Below are positions 1 to 13,503 of a stretch of 64,000 nt of DNA, one piece after another. A model generated the notes under the pieces. The model made no database searches, was not told where the DNA came from, and worked only from the letters and a program-made list of their open reading frames with translations. The stretch is from positions 71,610,001-71,674,000 of the forward strand of contig OX638152.1 in assembly GCA_951804945.1 (NCBI GenBank). Direction: 5' to 3'. The first letter of the stretch is position 1. Each line of letters opens with the position of its first letter. The DNA comes from Podarcis cretensis. Taxonomy: Eukaryota. The position numbers and the translations under genes were made by a program.

Positions 1-3000
1 CATGTACCACAGGATCATTCAAGATGATGCTAATCTGGTTGATATGTAGCCAATTTATGCCTGAATCTTCCCTTATTCACAATCCATAAAATAATTTACT
101 GATATTCTACTTACAGACTGGTGAACTGAGGGCTTTAACAGAGATTGGGGTTCTGAGCCCGCTTTTCAAAAGCAAATGCTAGCTGTTATTTAACATTGGC
201 TCTCTAGTGGGGAAGAATTCACATGGAAGGTTTTATCCTATGCTGACTAATCTAGGAATAAGACCAACTATGTCCAGTGAGATTTGCTTTAGAGTAATAA
301 TCTGTAGGATTGGCCTGTAAGATCTTTTTTTAAAAAAATATTTTTTTCCTGTGCTTTGAATAAGGCAAAATAAATTATTTCCCTGAGAGCAAAGCTCTTG
401 GAAAGCTTTCTGCTCTGGTTGAGACCCCTGTGAATGGAATAAATATGTGGATTTTAAAACAGAATAAATCCATTATTTCTCCTGAATCCCCTTGCCCCCA
501 TATGGTAAATCTTACACTGTTGCAAAGGACTTGGCCTCAGCAATCTGGAACATGGGATGGTGCATGAGGGGCTGCAGATGGAAAGGGGAATAATGTACAA
601 ATATCCTTTCCTGCCTTCCATCCACAGAAGCCTCCACTGGTTTGCAGAGCCTTCCATGAATAGAGGGATAGAACTGGATACAATCCATTATTTGGACATG
701 TTGCCTTAGCCAAGATAGCAGGAAAAGGTAGTTAATGGACCATTGCATGCCTCTCATTAGGGCAGTATGTTTTTCCATTGTCCTGATATATGAGTGCATC
801 CATGAGTGGATGATGATGATTCAGTGTTTAAGATGCCATTTCTATTTTATTACCATAGATCTATATCTAGAACTGTAAGGTGCTCTAGTAATTTCAAATC
901 ATTTTTATACCAGTTCAGTATTGCTTCCAAATGCAAACACTTATAAAAATGACCAAAGTGTCTGAACAGTTATTTATTTCTCTAGACAACATATATCTTA
1001 GATTTCACTGCTTGCAAACTTTAACTCATTTGAACTTATTGGGTTTTTTTTTTAATGGAAAGCCCCCTTTAGCAACTGGCCAACTTGACAAGGAAGAAAT
1101 CAGGGCCTTCTTCCATCTGGATACAATATAGGAAGAACAATGAAGATAAATGGCGCTGCAAGCCATCAGAGTAAATATCTGCTGTTCAAGTATGGCTTTG
1201 TCCTCCTCCGGATACTTCCCAGCCTCTGAGCTTGTGTGTCCTCTAAATTTGGTGTTGACTGATGTTCATCACAGCTGGAAAGGAGCACAGAGATAGAAAA
1301 GCCCAGAAAACCCATCAGCATATCCCTCTCTAGTGGCCCTACCAACTGTAAGCCCCTTGAGATTTGTAAGAAGTGGGAAGAGAAAAACACCAACTTGGAT
1401 ACTCTTGGTGATGGCTTGAGCAGGGTGAAAGGTGTTAAGCTGCTCAAAAGCTACAGAGTGAGTCTGTTGATACAGAGTGAGGCCTGCTTTGTGTGAGAGA
1501 CAGAGGGAGAGTCAGTGAGTTGCCTCAGATGAGAAATGGGGTAGACAGAAAGTGGTACTTTAGTGGTAGGGAAGGTTTGAGTTCACTGGTAGGGAATTCA
1601 GGAGGGCTGGTGGGGAATTCCATTACTACTTTATATGTAGGGATGGAGGAGGAATTCAACTCAGTTCACATTTAAAGGTGAGCTTACTTAATTCACACAA
1701 GCATCTTTCAAAATTTGCATTTCTCTGAATATTTGCAGTATTGTTCTCCAGTCAAGTAAAGTGTACAAAATTCCATATATCTTACATGTTAGTGAAAATA
1801 ACATACAAAATGCATTATACTAGGGGGAATTGCTTGCAAAATGTGTCTGTTTGTCAAAAGTAAATACATAAATGTGCTAGGGAAAATGCTGACAAATTTT
1901 CATGAAGATTTTCTTTTAAATGGAGAGAAACCAAAATTGATACATTTGTCCACTGTCATTTCCTTTTTTTTTAAAAAAGCCCAGTTTTGTGGTAGAACAC
2001 ATGTCTTGCATGAAGAAGTTTACATGTTCAATCCCTGGTATCTCTAGTTTGGGGGTAGCATAAGGGAAACAGATCAAATAGGTTATGTGAAAGACTTCTA
2101 CCAGAGACTGCAGATACTTGCTATCAATCAAAATTAGCTATACTGGGCTACATGAACAAATAGTTTGATCTGGTATAAGAAAGATTTCCATGTTCCTGCA
2201 GTTCTGTTAGTATCTCTCTTATTGCTGGAGTCTTCGTCTCTGAGGGGCAACCTAATTTTAATAGCTTTCCCAGTTATCTACTTTCTCCTAACCTGGTGAT
2301 AACCAAGTGTTTTGGACTATGATTCAATTTATCACTGATGGAAGCAGGGGCCGATGGGAGTTTTAGTTCAACAACACATTGAGGACATCTCATTGGCTTC
2401 TGCTATTCTAGAATTTGGGACATATGCCCAAATTGCTCCATTATTAGAAACAGTGGTGTGAATTCCTATCATTTGGTTCTTCTCTCATCAGGGGACTTAT
2501 AAAACCATTTCAGTTCTCATGTGATTTGAAGGAATAACACACCCAGCACGGGCTGTCATAATGGTTCATATAGCAGCCTTGTTTGGTGAAGCTTTTGCAA
2601 TTCCACAGCATCTGTAGTTGGGATTTAATGGACTTGGAATTATCTTTGTTCAGAATGAGAAGTTGGTTTCTATATTGGGCTGCACCCATTAAAGATTATG
2701 TAACACATCACTGATAACATCAGGCAATTTCTTGTCATTTTTATAATGCACTGTCAGACTTTGAGAGAAATAATGTTTAAAATGGCTTGCTTTATAATTA
2801 TATCTCAGAAAAGAAAAGAAAAGAAAAGAAATTACACCATTGAGGCTGCTTACTTTACAGAGTTCATCAAGCTGCACAATCTATTGGTTCCCATGGGAAA
2901 TTCAAGAAGTACTAGTGTGAAAATAAAAAAGAAAGAGCTAAGTGTTATGTTTTCTTTTACAAGTGGGTTTGCCTTTCTTAAATCCTTGATGGAGGATCTC

Positions 3001-3281
3001 CTTAAACCTTTTCTTTTGGCAAATAATATCAGAGAAGTGCTTTCTTTCCTGATACTACCCATTATTAGTGTTCTGCACTGGTTCGGTGTCCTTCCCAAGC
3101 CACTCAGGTGATTTTTTTCACATTCCCCAATTGGATTTTACTATTAATGAGGTATCTCAAGTTGAATCTAAATGCTGCAGTTTTAAAGCAACCTCTGCAT
3201 ATTTTTAAAAAGTGAAACCACCCTAACTAAGGAGATGCCCTGAGCTTAAGAGGGAAGGGGGTGGAGAGGTGGTGGTGATGA

Positions 3282-3436
3282 CAGGCCCATGCGGCGGGGG
3301 AAGCTGGGTGCACTTGCGCCAGGACTTGGTGGGCTAAGTTGGCCAGTGGGCCCTGCCAGGGGCTTGCCAAACTTACATTACCATGCTAAGAACAAGACTC
3401 CCGCCCTGGGCCTCAGGCAATCTCTGCACAGGCCTG
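3282..3436. mobile_element. hAT-type MITE
   Basis: CAGGCC...GGCCTG termini, near-perfect 8-bp TSD (G/A)GTGATGA. Confidence 0.6.
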
Positions 3437-4842
3437 AGTGATGATGTGTGTATGTGTGAAGAGATCTTTCACTTTGGTGGTTTTAAATACTGCAAATTAT
3501 TTCCCCAGGGCACTGCAATCGCATTGATTGGAAGTGATTTGAAATTAATATAAAGAACCAAATCCCCCCCCCACTTCTTTTCATATGCATCTATGCTGTG
3601 TATTTTGCTCCTACACCCACTCCTTTCCTTATGCAATCCAGGGGACAGATCTCTCTTCCTGGGGAAAGGGGCTGCATCCCCCAAAATCCAGGTTGGAAGG
3701 CAGACGCCCATTCCTATTACTGACCCTCATGGTGACAGGGTCCTTGCTGAGAGGGTGATGCTTTTCTCACCACAAAACCATCACATGGGGAAACTCCGCA
3801 AGTTGAGGAGGGGAGCTATGTGGCCTCAAATTCATGGAAGGGTGTAAAGGAGGCTGCAGATGATGTGTGAGAAGGGTGGAGGTTGGTTGTGTTTACGTGC
3901 TCCCCTTTGCATGGTTGCTTATCATGAATGCCCAAATACCATTGTAGAATTTGTGTTTTTCACTGTTTTTCATGACAGACTGATGGTTCCACTTTCGCGG
4001 AATTGAACTGGGTCACATGAACAACTCATATCGGAACAGAGCAGGACCTTAAGAATAAACTTAGTTGTGGTGAATGGTGAATCACACTAGGCACGCAAGC
4101 CTGCTTTCCTTTCTCTGTGTCTATCTCTCTTGCTGTCTATATGCATGCTCTTTAAATCCTTTAAAATGTTTACCGTTGCCTGAGGCATATTGAGCCTTCA
4201 TCTAGAAAGAACTAAATTGACTCTCATTTGCATGTGGCAAGGTGAAAAAGAACTCAGTATTGACTTATTTTGGCAAACAACTGATGTATACAAATGGAAT
4301 CTATAACAGGTATAGACATTTGTTTTCTGAACTGTTTACTGAGAGAATTCATAAAACGCTAATACTGCACAAGTCAATGAAGGATTCATTTTGCTGTTTA
4401 GCTCGGGTCTCTTTCTATTACATTGCTGAAATAAGATTGCCTAGAATCCTGTCATGCAGCTTTAAAAAGACCCAAAACTAAACCAACAAGGGGCAGGTGC
4501 TAAATCTAAAACTGAATTAACTGAATGGGGCTTCATGTCCAGATCACATGATACACTTTTTGGTTGTTTTAGTCTGTAGAATGATTAGGTGTAGGGGTTT
4601 TTTTTTTTTTGGGGGGGGGTAGAGCATCATGGTCGGAGGACCCATCCCAAGATATGCAGCATTTTTCCATTTTAGTCCTGTAAGGTCATTCAAACAACAC
4701 ATTGGTCCCTTCAATGTTCCCTTTGAAAGGGGGGTTGTGTATTAAAGCAATCCAGGAATTGTAGCTCAGGGAGGGGAATAGGGGTCTTCTAACAATTCTC
4801 AGAACCCTTAACAAACTACAACTTCCAGAATTATTTGGAGGA

Positions 4843-6354
4843 CTTTAAGTCGTATTATGAATCAGCAGCTTTTTGCTGGCTGAAAGAATGGCTGCTTCTT
4901 CAGAACACAGACATTTTGGACTTAGAAGGTTTCGACAATGCTTTTGGGTGGCATGCATATCTGTGGTATGACAAGGTTAAAGTGCATAAGGCTTTTAAAA
5001 ATCATATTGTCAGAAGAACATTGTTTAATGTCTGGACAAGATATAAAGACTTACTTGAAAATAAAACCCCAAGGTGGTTATCACCTATGGAAGCGAAGGC
5101 TCTGAAAAACTCAATATGGAGGTCAATTGGCCAAAATATTGGGAGATTTTGGAACAGGAAGGTGACAAATTGAAATTGCAGAGTTTCAAGAAATTAAAGG
5201 ATAAAGTGAGAGATTGGCTTCATTATTTTCAAATAAGGGAGGCTTATAATCTAGATAAAATAATTGGTTTCCAGGTGGAAAAATCAAAACTAGAAACAGA
5301 ATTGTTAGAATCCAAAGCTAAGACACTATCAAAAATGTATAATCTGCTGCTGAAATGGAACACTGAAGATGAAACGGTAAAATCTGCTATGATAAAATGG
5401 GCACAAGATATCGGCTATAATATTATGTTTGCTGACTGGGAACAGTTGTGGACCACAGGTATGAAATTCACGGTATGTAATGCCTTAAGAGAGAATATTA
5501 TGAAAATGATATACTGGTGGTACATGACCCCAGTCAAGCTTGCAAAAATCTATCATCTGCCCGATAATAAATGTTGGAAATGTAAAGAGACTGAAGGTAC
5601 ATTCTTTCACCTCTGGTGGACGTGCCCAAAGATTAAGGCTTTCTGGGAAATGATCTATAATGAATTGAAAAAGGTATTTAAATATACCTTCTTGAAGAAA
5701 CCAGAGGCCTTTCTCTTGGGTATGGTCGGCCAAGGGGTGTTAAAGAAGGACAGAACTTTTTTTATGTATGCTACAGCAGCAGCAAGAATACTCATCGCAA
5801 AGCATTGGAAGATACAAGACCTACCCACCTTGGAAGAATGGCAGATGCAAGTAATGGACTATATGGAATTGGCTGAAATGACTGGCAGAATCCGAGACCA
5901 GGGAGAAGAGTCGGTGGAAGAAGATTGGAAGAAATTCAAAATCTACCCACAGAAACACTGCAAAATTATTGAATGTTAATGACGTTGGAATGAAATGAAG
6001 TGGTTCTAGTAATAGGGTAAAATAAGAATAGGCAAGAAGGGATGGATTTTGGATGAAAATTTGAAGTTAAAATATGTGATGATAAATAATTAAGGGTACA
6101 ATATGAGGCTATGAATTTGCTGAATAAATCTTTAAATGGAATACAAAAAAAGGGAGGTGTGAGGAAGTCACGAAAATAAGTAAATGAATGTAAGATATTA
6201 TAAAAGAGGGATTTTTTAGATTTTATTTTTTCTTTTTATGTTGAATTTTGGTTTTTGTATTTTTGTATTTTTTGTGTTTTTTTTGTGTGTGTCATTATTT
6301 TGTAACTCTTTTTTGTTAAAAATTGAATAAATATTATTTAAAAAAAACCAACAC
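4843..6354 (+). mobile_element. 5'-truncated L1-clade LINE (ORF2 C-terminus, 3'UTR, poly-A)
   Basis: CWKC...GTFFHLWWTCPKI cysteine-rich domain; T-rich 3'UTR, AATAAA, A tail; 14-bp TSD AATTATTTGGAGGA (4829-4842, 6355-6368). Confidence 0.92.
4844..5979 (+). pseudogene. L1 ORF2 C-terminal fragment with one frameshift near 5105
   Basis: ORFs 4835-5173 and 5074-5979 join if one A is added to the A-run in CTGAAAAACTC. Confidence 0.85.
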
Positions 6355-6399
6355 AATTATTTGGAGGAAGCCATGACTGTTTAAAAAGTATGATAGCAC

Positions 6400-6688
6400 T
6401 TTGGAGTAAGTTTGTTTCCTCCTGCTCTGAAGGGTAGAACGTGAACCAATGGCTTCAAGTTACAAGAAAGGAGATTTTGACTCAAGATCGGGAATAACTT
6501 CAGTAAGATCTGTTCAGCAGTGGAACGTACTCCCTTGGAAGGTGGTGAACGCTGCTTCATTGGAGGCTTTTAAGCAGAAATTGGATGGTCCTCTCCCATG
6601 GATGCTTTAGTTGAGATTCCAGCATTGCAGGGGGTTGGACTAGAAGACCCTTGGGGTCCCTTCCAATTCTACTATTCTATGATTCTAT
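6400..6688 (+). mobile_element. CR1 LINE 3' end
   Basis: AATGGCTTCAAGTTACAAGAAAGGAGATT...GGTCCCTTCCAATTCTAC and (ATTCTATG)n tail. Confidence 0.88.
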
Positions 6689-7144
6689 CAAATGTATAGT
6701 GTGAATATGGCCAAGTTCTGTGCACATCTACTTGGCCATAAGGTCCACTGTGGGGCTTTTACCCACTGCATAAAACTGTACCCTTAGAATATAGGTCTGG
6801 TTCCTACCTGTGTTTATAATATGTGATATCTGGAAAGTCTTGGCTAATGTATTAGTTCTTCAATGTGCACCAGTTGTCTCTTTGGTTTACTGGGAGCTGG
6901 GGTTATATTATCAAGAGCATCAAAGGAGGTTTGCCAACAAATGAGTCTCCAGAAAAATGGAAAGATGGTGATAAATTAATGAAAGTAAGGTATTTTTCAG
7001 TACCTCTGACAGATATCTAAGCCTTTACTTCATAGTTGCAATGCCCTACAACCCATATATGTCATACAAAAACTACGATTTATTTATTCAATTAATGTTT
7101 ATACAGACTTTACCCCTAGCTTATATCTTGAAGACTTCTGTTTT

Positions 7145-7285
7145 GGATAGCTCAGTTTGTTAGAGTGTGGTGCTGATAATGCCAAGGTTGCAGGTTTGAT
7201 CCCCATATGGGACAGCTACATCTTTCTGGATTGCAGTGGGGGACCAGATGATTCTCAGGGTCCCTTCCAACTCTACAATTCTATG
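7145..7285 (+). mobile_element. tRNA-Ile-derived SINE with CR1 3' tail
   Basis: Head GGATAGCTCAG...TTAGAGTGTGGTGCTGATAATGCCAAGGTTGCAGGTTTGATCCCC resembles tRNA-Ile; tail GGTCCCTTCCAACTCTACAATTCTATG. Confidence 0.8.
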
Positions 7286-8557
7286 TTTTAGGGAAAAGTC
7301 TCCTGGGAAAGTTTCCTGAAAAGTCATATTGAAATAAACTTGGGATGCCACATTTGCACAGTTCCCATTCATTTCAGTGGTCCTCATTTGGACAAACTTC
7401 CCAGTTAGATTAGGAACAGCAGTGTTGCAGAAAGGTCCTTGTTAGTGAAAATGAAAGAGAAACGATGCAATTTCTAACAGTCATGGCAACCAAACAGTTT
7501 TACTGATCAGTGCTTCCTTTGCTTATAAAAGAAGAATTCATTTCAAGGAACAGATTATTCATATGGTTTATGAAATGAATTCCTCATTAAAGCTGAAGGC
7601 ATGCAAGTTTTGAAAGAGAGGAGGACAATGACATAAAATAAATTATCTTTATTGCCCAGAGACATCAATGATCTTGCTGTGCTATCTTGAATGTTTTGGT
7701 CCCCTGTGAGATGATTCTCCCCACTTCATAATAGTCATATATAGTCAAGTTGCTGTATTAGGAACTTATTTAGGACTGTATGACTAAGCTCACAAGTAGG
7801 CTATTTAACAAATCTGAGGTGTTGCTGCCAGCTCTTCCCAGTTCCTGTTCACTAACTGCTCATCAAAGTTCAGGGCCAGACTATGTGTGATATTCTCCTT
7901 TATGAGTTTCAGTCTGTCTTTTTCCTTTTCTTTGGTAGAATACAGCCGCATAAGTCAATTCACATGATGGGGTTGCTCTAAAATGCTCCACAGAAAGTGC
8001 TATTTTAGTATTCTATTAACTCCCACCTCACATGTTTCAATACTCCTGTAAACAAAATATGCACATACAGGGGAACTTGTGAGTGGGATTTGCTGGAGAG
8101 TGACTGCCTTCTGCTGCAGCCTTCTGTGCTGATCTTTTAGGAGAAGAAAAATGGTTGGAAAAGGTGTTAGTGCTGTGTGAACATAACGCTGCAAACAAAT
8201 CTGGAAGGGTCTTTGTTGTTGTTAAATATATTTGTCCCAAAGTGGAAAATGGGTTGTATCCTACTAAAGGCATATCCACATTTCCTCTTGTCCTGCTGAT
8301 TACCCTCCTCCCCGAAAACTGCACTTTAGTGCTCAGTCAGAGCAAATGGCAATCAGGTTACCACAGATTGCTGTTTGTTCCAATTTAAAGCTAAAGAGTG
8401 GGTTTTTCCTAGAAGAGGAGCAGGGCAAGGGAAAAACCACTCAGGCCTGTGCTTTCCAGGTATGGGACAAACCCTAAGTTTTCCAGTCAGTGTAAGGAGC
8501 TATGGAATATTCTCTCCCTCTCTTCCCACTCAGCCCTCTGGAGCACAAAACAAAATA

Positions 8558-8675
8558 ATCATAGAGTTGGAAGTGACCCTGAGGATCATATCGTCCAAGC
8601 CCCCTGCAATGCAGGAATATGCAGCTATCCCATAAGGGGAGCAAACCTGCAACTCTCTAACCAGCTGAGTTATCC
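8558..8675 (-). mobile_element. Same SINE family as 7145, internally deleted
   Basis: Reverse-complement similarity to 7145-7285. Confidence 0.7.
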
Positions 8676-9384
8676 AATATGTTAAACAGATTTAGGTATG
8701 TTTGTAAGGGCACAGAGGAAGAGAGAGATGTTCTGTTGTGCAAGCAAAAGTCATTGTACTAAGCAGGCAACCCAGTTTTATTGTTGTACCAAATGGGTAA
8801 AGCAGGGGTGGAGAACTTGTGGGCCTCCAGATGCTGGTGGACTCCAGCTCCCATCAGCCCCAACCAGTATGGCTAGCAGTCAGGGATAGTGGGAGTTTTC
8901 CATCCCTGGTGTAAAGGTGTAAGATATCAGTGTGTTTCTACTTTGGCCAGATGCCAAGAGGCAGGCACCAACTTTTAAATAGTACCTGAAGAGGTGGGAG
9001 GAAATAAGCCAGTGCAAATTGCAGTCAGGGGCCCTAGCCAAGTCTCTTCTGCCAAACACACAGTGCCGCACGTCGTCTTCAACACTTCCCTCCTCCAGTT
9101 CACTGTGATGGCAGCACACTTGGACAATTACCCATTGTGATTAAAAGCTAGAGCTGTTCATAAAAATGGAAGATCCACCCTCCTCCACCTCTTCCCCTTT
9201 TGAGCTCAGGGTGTTTCCTCACTCAGCTTGTTTTTTTTTTTTTAAAAAAAATGCAGTTGCTAGTTAAACAATGCAGTATTTATCGGGCACCGGAATCCAC
9301 ATAACGATTTGGAACTTTAGGGAGCTCCTGATCTGACACAAGATGCTGATGGCACAATAAGACTCAGGAATGTATCATTGTCAC

Positions 9385-9526
9385 CAGTGCTATTTTTCTA
9401 GAAAAAGAGGTGGCAGAACTCAGCATGAACGCCTCCCTTGTTCTCTTATAATGGCAATGGCAGACACCTGAAAGATGCTGGAAATGAGTTCTAGTGAGTT
9501 CTGGCTGGGGGGAAAAAAAAGCTCTG
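9385..9526. mobile_element. hAT MITE
   Basis: CAGTGCTATTTTT...AAAAAAAGCTCTG termini; 8-bp TSD ATTGTCAC. Confidence 0.85.
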
Positions 9527-11459
9527 ATTGTCACTTGAATCACTCCTTTCCAACTCATAATTTGAAAACTATACAGAGGGAGGGAGGGAGCCGCCTCAAT
9601 GCCCACTTGGGCAATACTACCCTGGTTCAAATCTGCTGGGTCAACCAGAGCCAGTCTGTGCCCTTCATCACTTGCTCACCCTAAAGGCAAGCAAATGGAG
9701 CTCAGTAATGCTCACTGCTGCTTGCACAGTTCAGCATCCATCAGTGTCAAAACCCTTGAGCCAGCCAGAGATGAGAGGTAGGCAGGTTGACAGCTCATTT
9801 AGCTTCCAGATGCATGCCCCAAAGTTAATCAGGGGTGCCCAAAATTCCTAGTCAGTCCTACACAGGGCAAACAGCTCATCCTACATAGATACATGGGAGG
9901 GCAGGTAAGTTACCATGGAGAGTGCTCACGGGTGGAGTAGGCTTATAAAGGTTCACCTTATTCTCCCTGACTAACAAGATCTCTCCAATATCATGATACA
10001 ACCATGGCCCATAGAAAGAAACCACCCTGCTGCTGTAAGTGGAGGAACAAATTTGCCCCTGCCCAAGCACCATGGAGAGGTGCTTAACCAAATGGATATG
10101 AATGGCACTACTTGCGATTCATAGGATTCAGTGCTTAATTTAACACTCGAACTTTGAAACCTCACACCTTTAACAGATGTTTACCAAATCAACTACAGGC
10201 ATAACCTTGCAATATCCATGAATGTATGACCTATTGTAAATGGCCACAAGATGAAATTGTGTGGGAATATACTTGGTGTGCAAGGTCATGTGTTCAGTTT
10301 GTTGGCAATGCAGCTGAGTGACACTTTCAAATAAGATGCAAACTGCTGCATAACAGTTTGCAGCCCAAGGTTACTATGATTCTTTCCTTATGCCGTTCAA
10401 TGCTTATAGAAATAGTTTTTTAATATATACTGTATATATATTATTGTAGCTGGTTGCAAGCTTGGGGCAAATTGCCCTGATTTCATGATGAATAGCATAT
10501 TGGGGTTTTACTGGGACAGAATGTTCTGTGTGTGCTGAAAAAGTGGCACATTATCCTAAGGATCATTGTGTTGGTCTAGGATAATTGTAATCCATAAACC
10601 TTTGAGAAACACAAGTCAATTCCACTTTTAGAGCTCAATAGAAATATAGGTCTTCTATTTGTTGGTCTCCTATATATAGCATCACCTGTTTCTTATTTTT
10701 ATAACCCCATTATTCTACAATATGACAGTGATGCATTACTGTATTGGTGATGAGACATTACACTGAGCAGTTCCATATATCAAATAACTTTCTCAGACAT
10801 TGGGCATCTGACCTTTCCTTCTTTTTTAAAATGCCAACCAAGTCATATTATTCCATATTACTGCTACTGTTATCATTATACCTTTACCAAGATTACTATA
10901 TCTAAGTTATTTGACTTGATAATTACTACGTCTAAGGTGCAGCAATAGCAGACTGTGTAGCCAGCCCCTGAAATGTATTACTGCCGAGCAAAAATTGCTA
11001 TCATCTTTTCCTGCCCAAAATAATTGTTTGCGGACTGTCGGCCCAATCTTGTGCTCTCGGCTTGTACTGCCATGTTTAAATTGGCAGCCATCCAACTCCT
11101 AGGGAAATTAGACAGCTATCCATTTCTGCCTTGCATACCATTAAAAAATAATAATTTTCATATAGCACAATAACACATGAGTAACAGAGACAGACAGTGT
11201 TGTGTGGTGTGTGTGGTGGTTAGAGTGTTGAACTATGTCCTGGAAAACGAGTTTGGAGTGATACTCAGCCAGGAAGCGCAATGGGTGACCTTGGGGCTAT
11301 TGCTGTCTCTCAAGCTAACCCACCTCACAGGGTTGTTGTAAAGAGGACATGTGGAAGGGAGAACCATTAAAGTAGGCTGAAATATAAATACTATGAATAA
11401 ATGAATGTTTGTGTACAGGATAATGTTTTGGTGGCTCTGTTGATCCCTGTCAGCTTCCA

Positions 11460-12300
11460 ATAATGTTATTAATTTATTAGAGCACCATCAGTGTGCATGA
11501 CACTTCACAGAACAGAAGAGCAGAGGAGAAGCTTATGTTTGAAGTTCTAATGAAGGGGAAACACAAGGGGAAGGGAAGGAAGGTGGAGGCAGGGATAAAC
11601 AGAGAAACAGGGGTTTGTTGCATGCATTGGTTGGAAAAGAGCATGGGCATTAGTAGGTTGAGTGGAAAAGGTGGGATTTGTGGAGGTAGTGAATGAATGA
11701 AGAGAGATGACATTATGGAAGTGGTTTAGGCATCAGTTCCACGCATATGGGGCACCAATAAAGAAAGGATGGAGTCTTTTCAGGTGACAGGAAACCTTCA
11801 GGAAACTGAAGGTGTTGAAGCTGGTAGATTAAAGAATGGGTGTGTTAGGTTATAAATTAGAGAGATAAGGAAGGGCATGGCCATAAAGGCAGCTGGCACG
11901 AAGCCAGAGTAGAGGCTGTAGGAGGAATATCATTTGGCCAAAGAGACAAGAGAGGTGAATGATTTTGGTAACAGGGTGCTGGAGAGATGGGATGATACAA
12001 TGAAGCACTAGAAAGGAGAGGCTTGCAGGTAATGTAGGTGAGAGATCAAATAAACTAGAGGTTTCGCCAGAAATCTTTAAGGTATCCAAGTACAAGCTTT
12101 CACCCTTGACAAAAATCTACCAATCCTGTGTTGTTGTTGTTGTTTTAAAAAAACCTTTCTTCGCATCCTCCCATCCCCATCAAAGCCAGAGTTTTATCCC
12201 TGGTCCTCTGTGCCATTGCCTTAGTCCAGCAGAGCACAAAATCAGGCTGTCAGAGAGAGAGCCACTTTTCCAATCAAACTGCTCATTTCCTTCCCTCCTC
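11460..12300 (-). mobile_element. Ancient L2-like fragment
   Basis: Purine-rich + strand and L2-like 3' end; highly decayed, boundaries approximate. Confidence 0.45.
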
Positions 12301-13467
12301 ATTGACTGTAACTTTGATGTATAACAGTGAAGAGGCAGATTAAAATAAACACTATGAAGTACCTTTGAAAATGAATAGAACAGCTCCTCATATTGCTGAA
12401 ATTGGTAGTGGTATCACTGTCTTTATGCACCGAGATTTATGCTGACAATGATTTAAACCAACAGGGTTCTAAAATCATGATAATCCACTGTAATGAATTT
12501 AATTAGAACCGCACTGTAGCAATTGGCTATGACTTATAATGCCGCCTAGCAAAATAAACTACAATGGTGATTATGCTGTTGTGTGGTGTAAGATGAAAGT
12601 TAAGGGAAATGGAAGGCCATAATTGCTTTTCAGCTTTCTCCTAGCATTGTGTTGTAATGGATATAGTATCCTTATCGTACATAAATTGCAAGGTAATTAT
12701 TTCAGATCTACACCATATATCCTTTTCAAGTAATGTGCAGGATAAAAATGTATTTAGGCAGTTGTCTTTTTATCTTTTGTTTGCTCCCAGTGCTTCTCAA
12801 ATGATGGTTTGAGGACCACCAACAGGCCTCAGTCCATTTTCAGGTTGGCCTCAGTGTCTCCACCCATCTTGCCCCTGGTGAAAAGCTACAGCTTTTTCTT
12901 GGACTGATGCCAGAACCAGCAGCTCCCTTTATGCTGTTTGTCAAAGTTTACTGTAGCTGCCTTTCGGGATATCATCACCAAACTTGTCAGGATATTTTTA
13001 AAAAAAGTTCCTGAGGTGTGAGCAATGGCCACAATCAATGTTTGGCTTCCAGCTGCCATTTTGAATCAAGATGGCAGAATATAATGTGACTTTGGCTTGG
13101 CTTCACCTGTTTTCTGCCATAAGTTCAGCCACCTCTTGAAACATTATTCCCAAACTCGGCATTCAAGGTGGCAGTAGTGGACTTGAGTGGAGTTTGGATA
13201 CTGGCTACCATTTTGAATCAGGATGGTACACCAAGATGGAACTTTGACATTACTTGTCCCATTTTTGGTGTGATAGTTTCAAATTCACAAATTACCTTAA
13301 TATTGAAAAATCACTCCCTCCCCAAAAAATTTCCCAGGCAATGCCAGACACTCCCCTCTAGTAAAATTGTATAAAATTGCAATGTTGTAATAGTATATTT
13401 TTACATTGTTGTAACCTGTCATGGGATCTTATGGTGAAGGGTAGGTAAGATATCTAAAAAATACTGA

Positions 13468-13468
<1 letters not shown>

Positions 13469-13500
<32 letters not shown>
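13469..13500 (+). repeat. (TG)n microsatellite
   Basis: Seen directly. Confidence 0.95.

Positions 13501-13503
<3 letters not shown>

Larger units (their letters stand above)
4684..6712. mobile_element. Old MITE interrupted by the L1 and CR1 insertions
   Basis: Pieces 4684-4842, 6355-6400 and 6689-6712 resemble the element at 60371-60934 (gggaactgtaatt / aaactacaacttccagaatt internal inverted repeats). Confidence 0.55.

Noticed and set aside
7145-7215. tRNA gene (also 34400-34466)
   Set aside because: Degenerate stems and fused to a CR1 tail, so a SINE head
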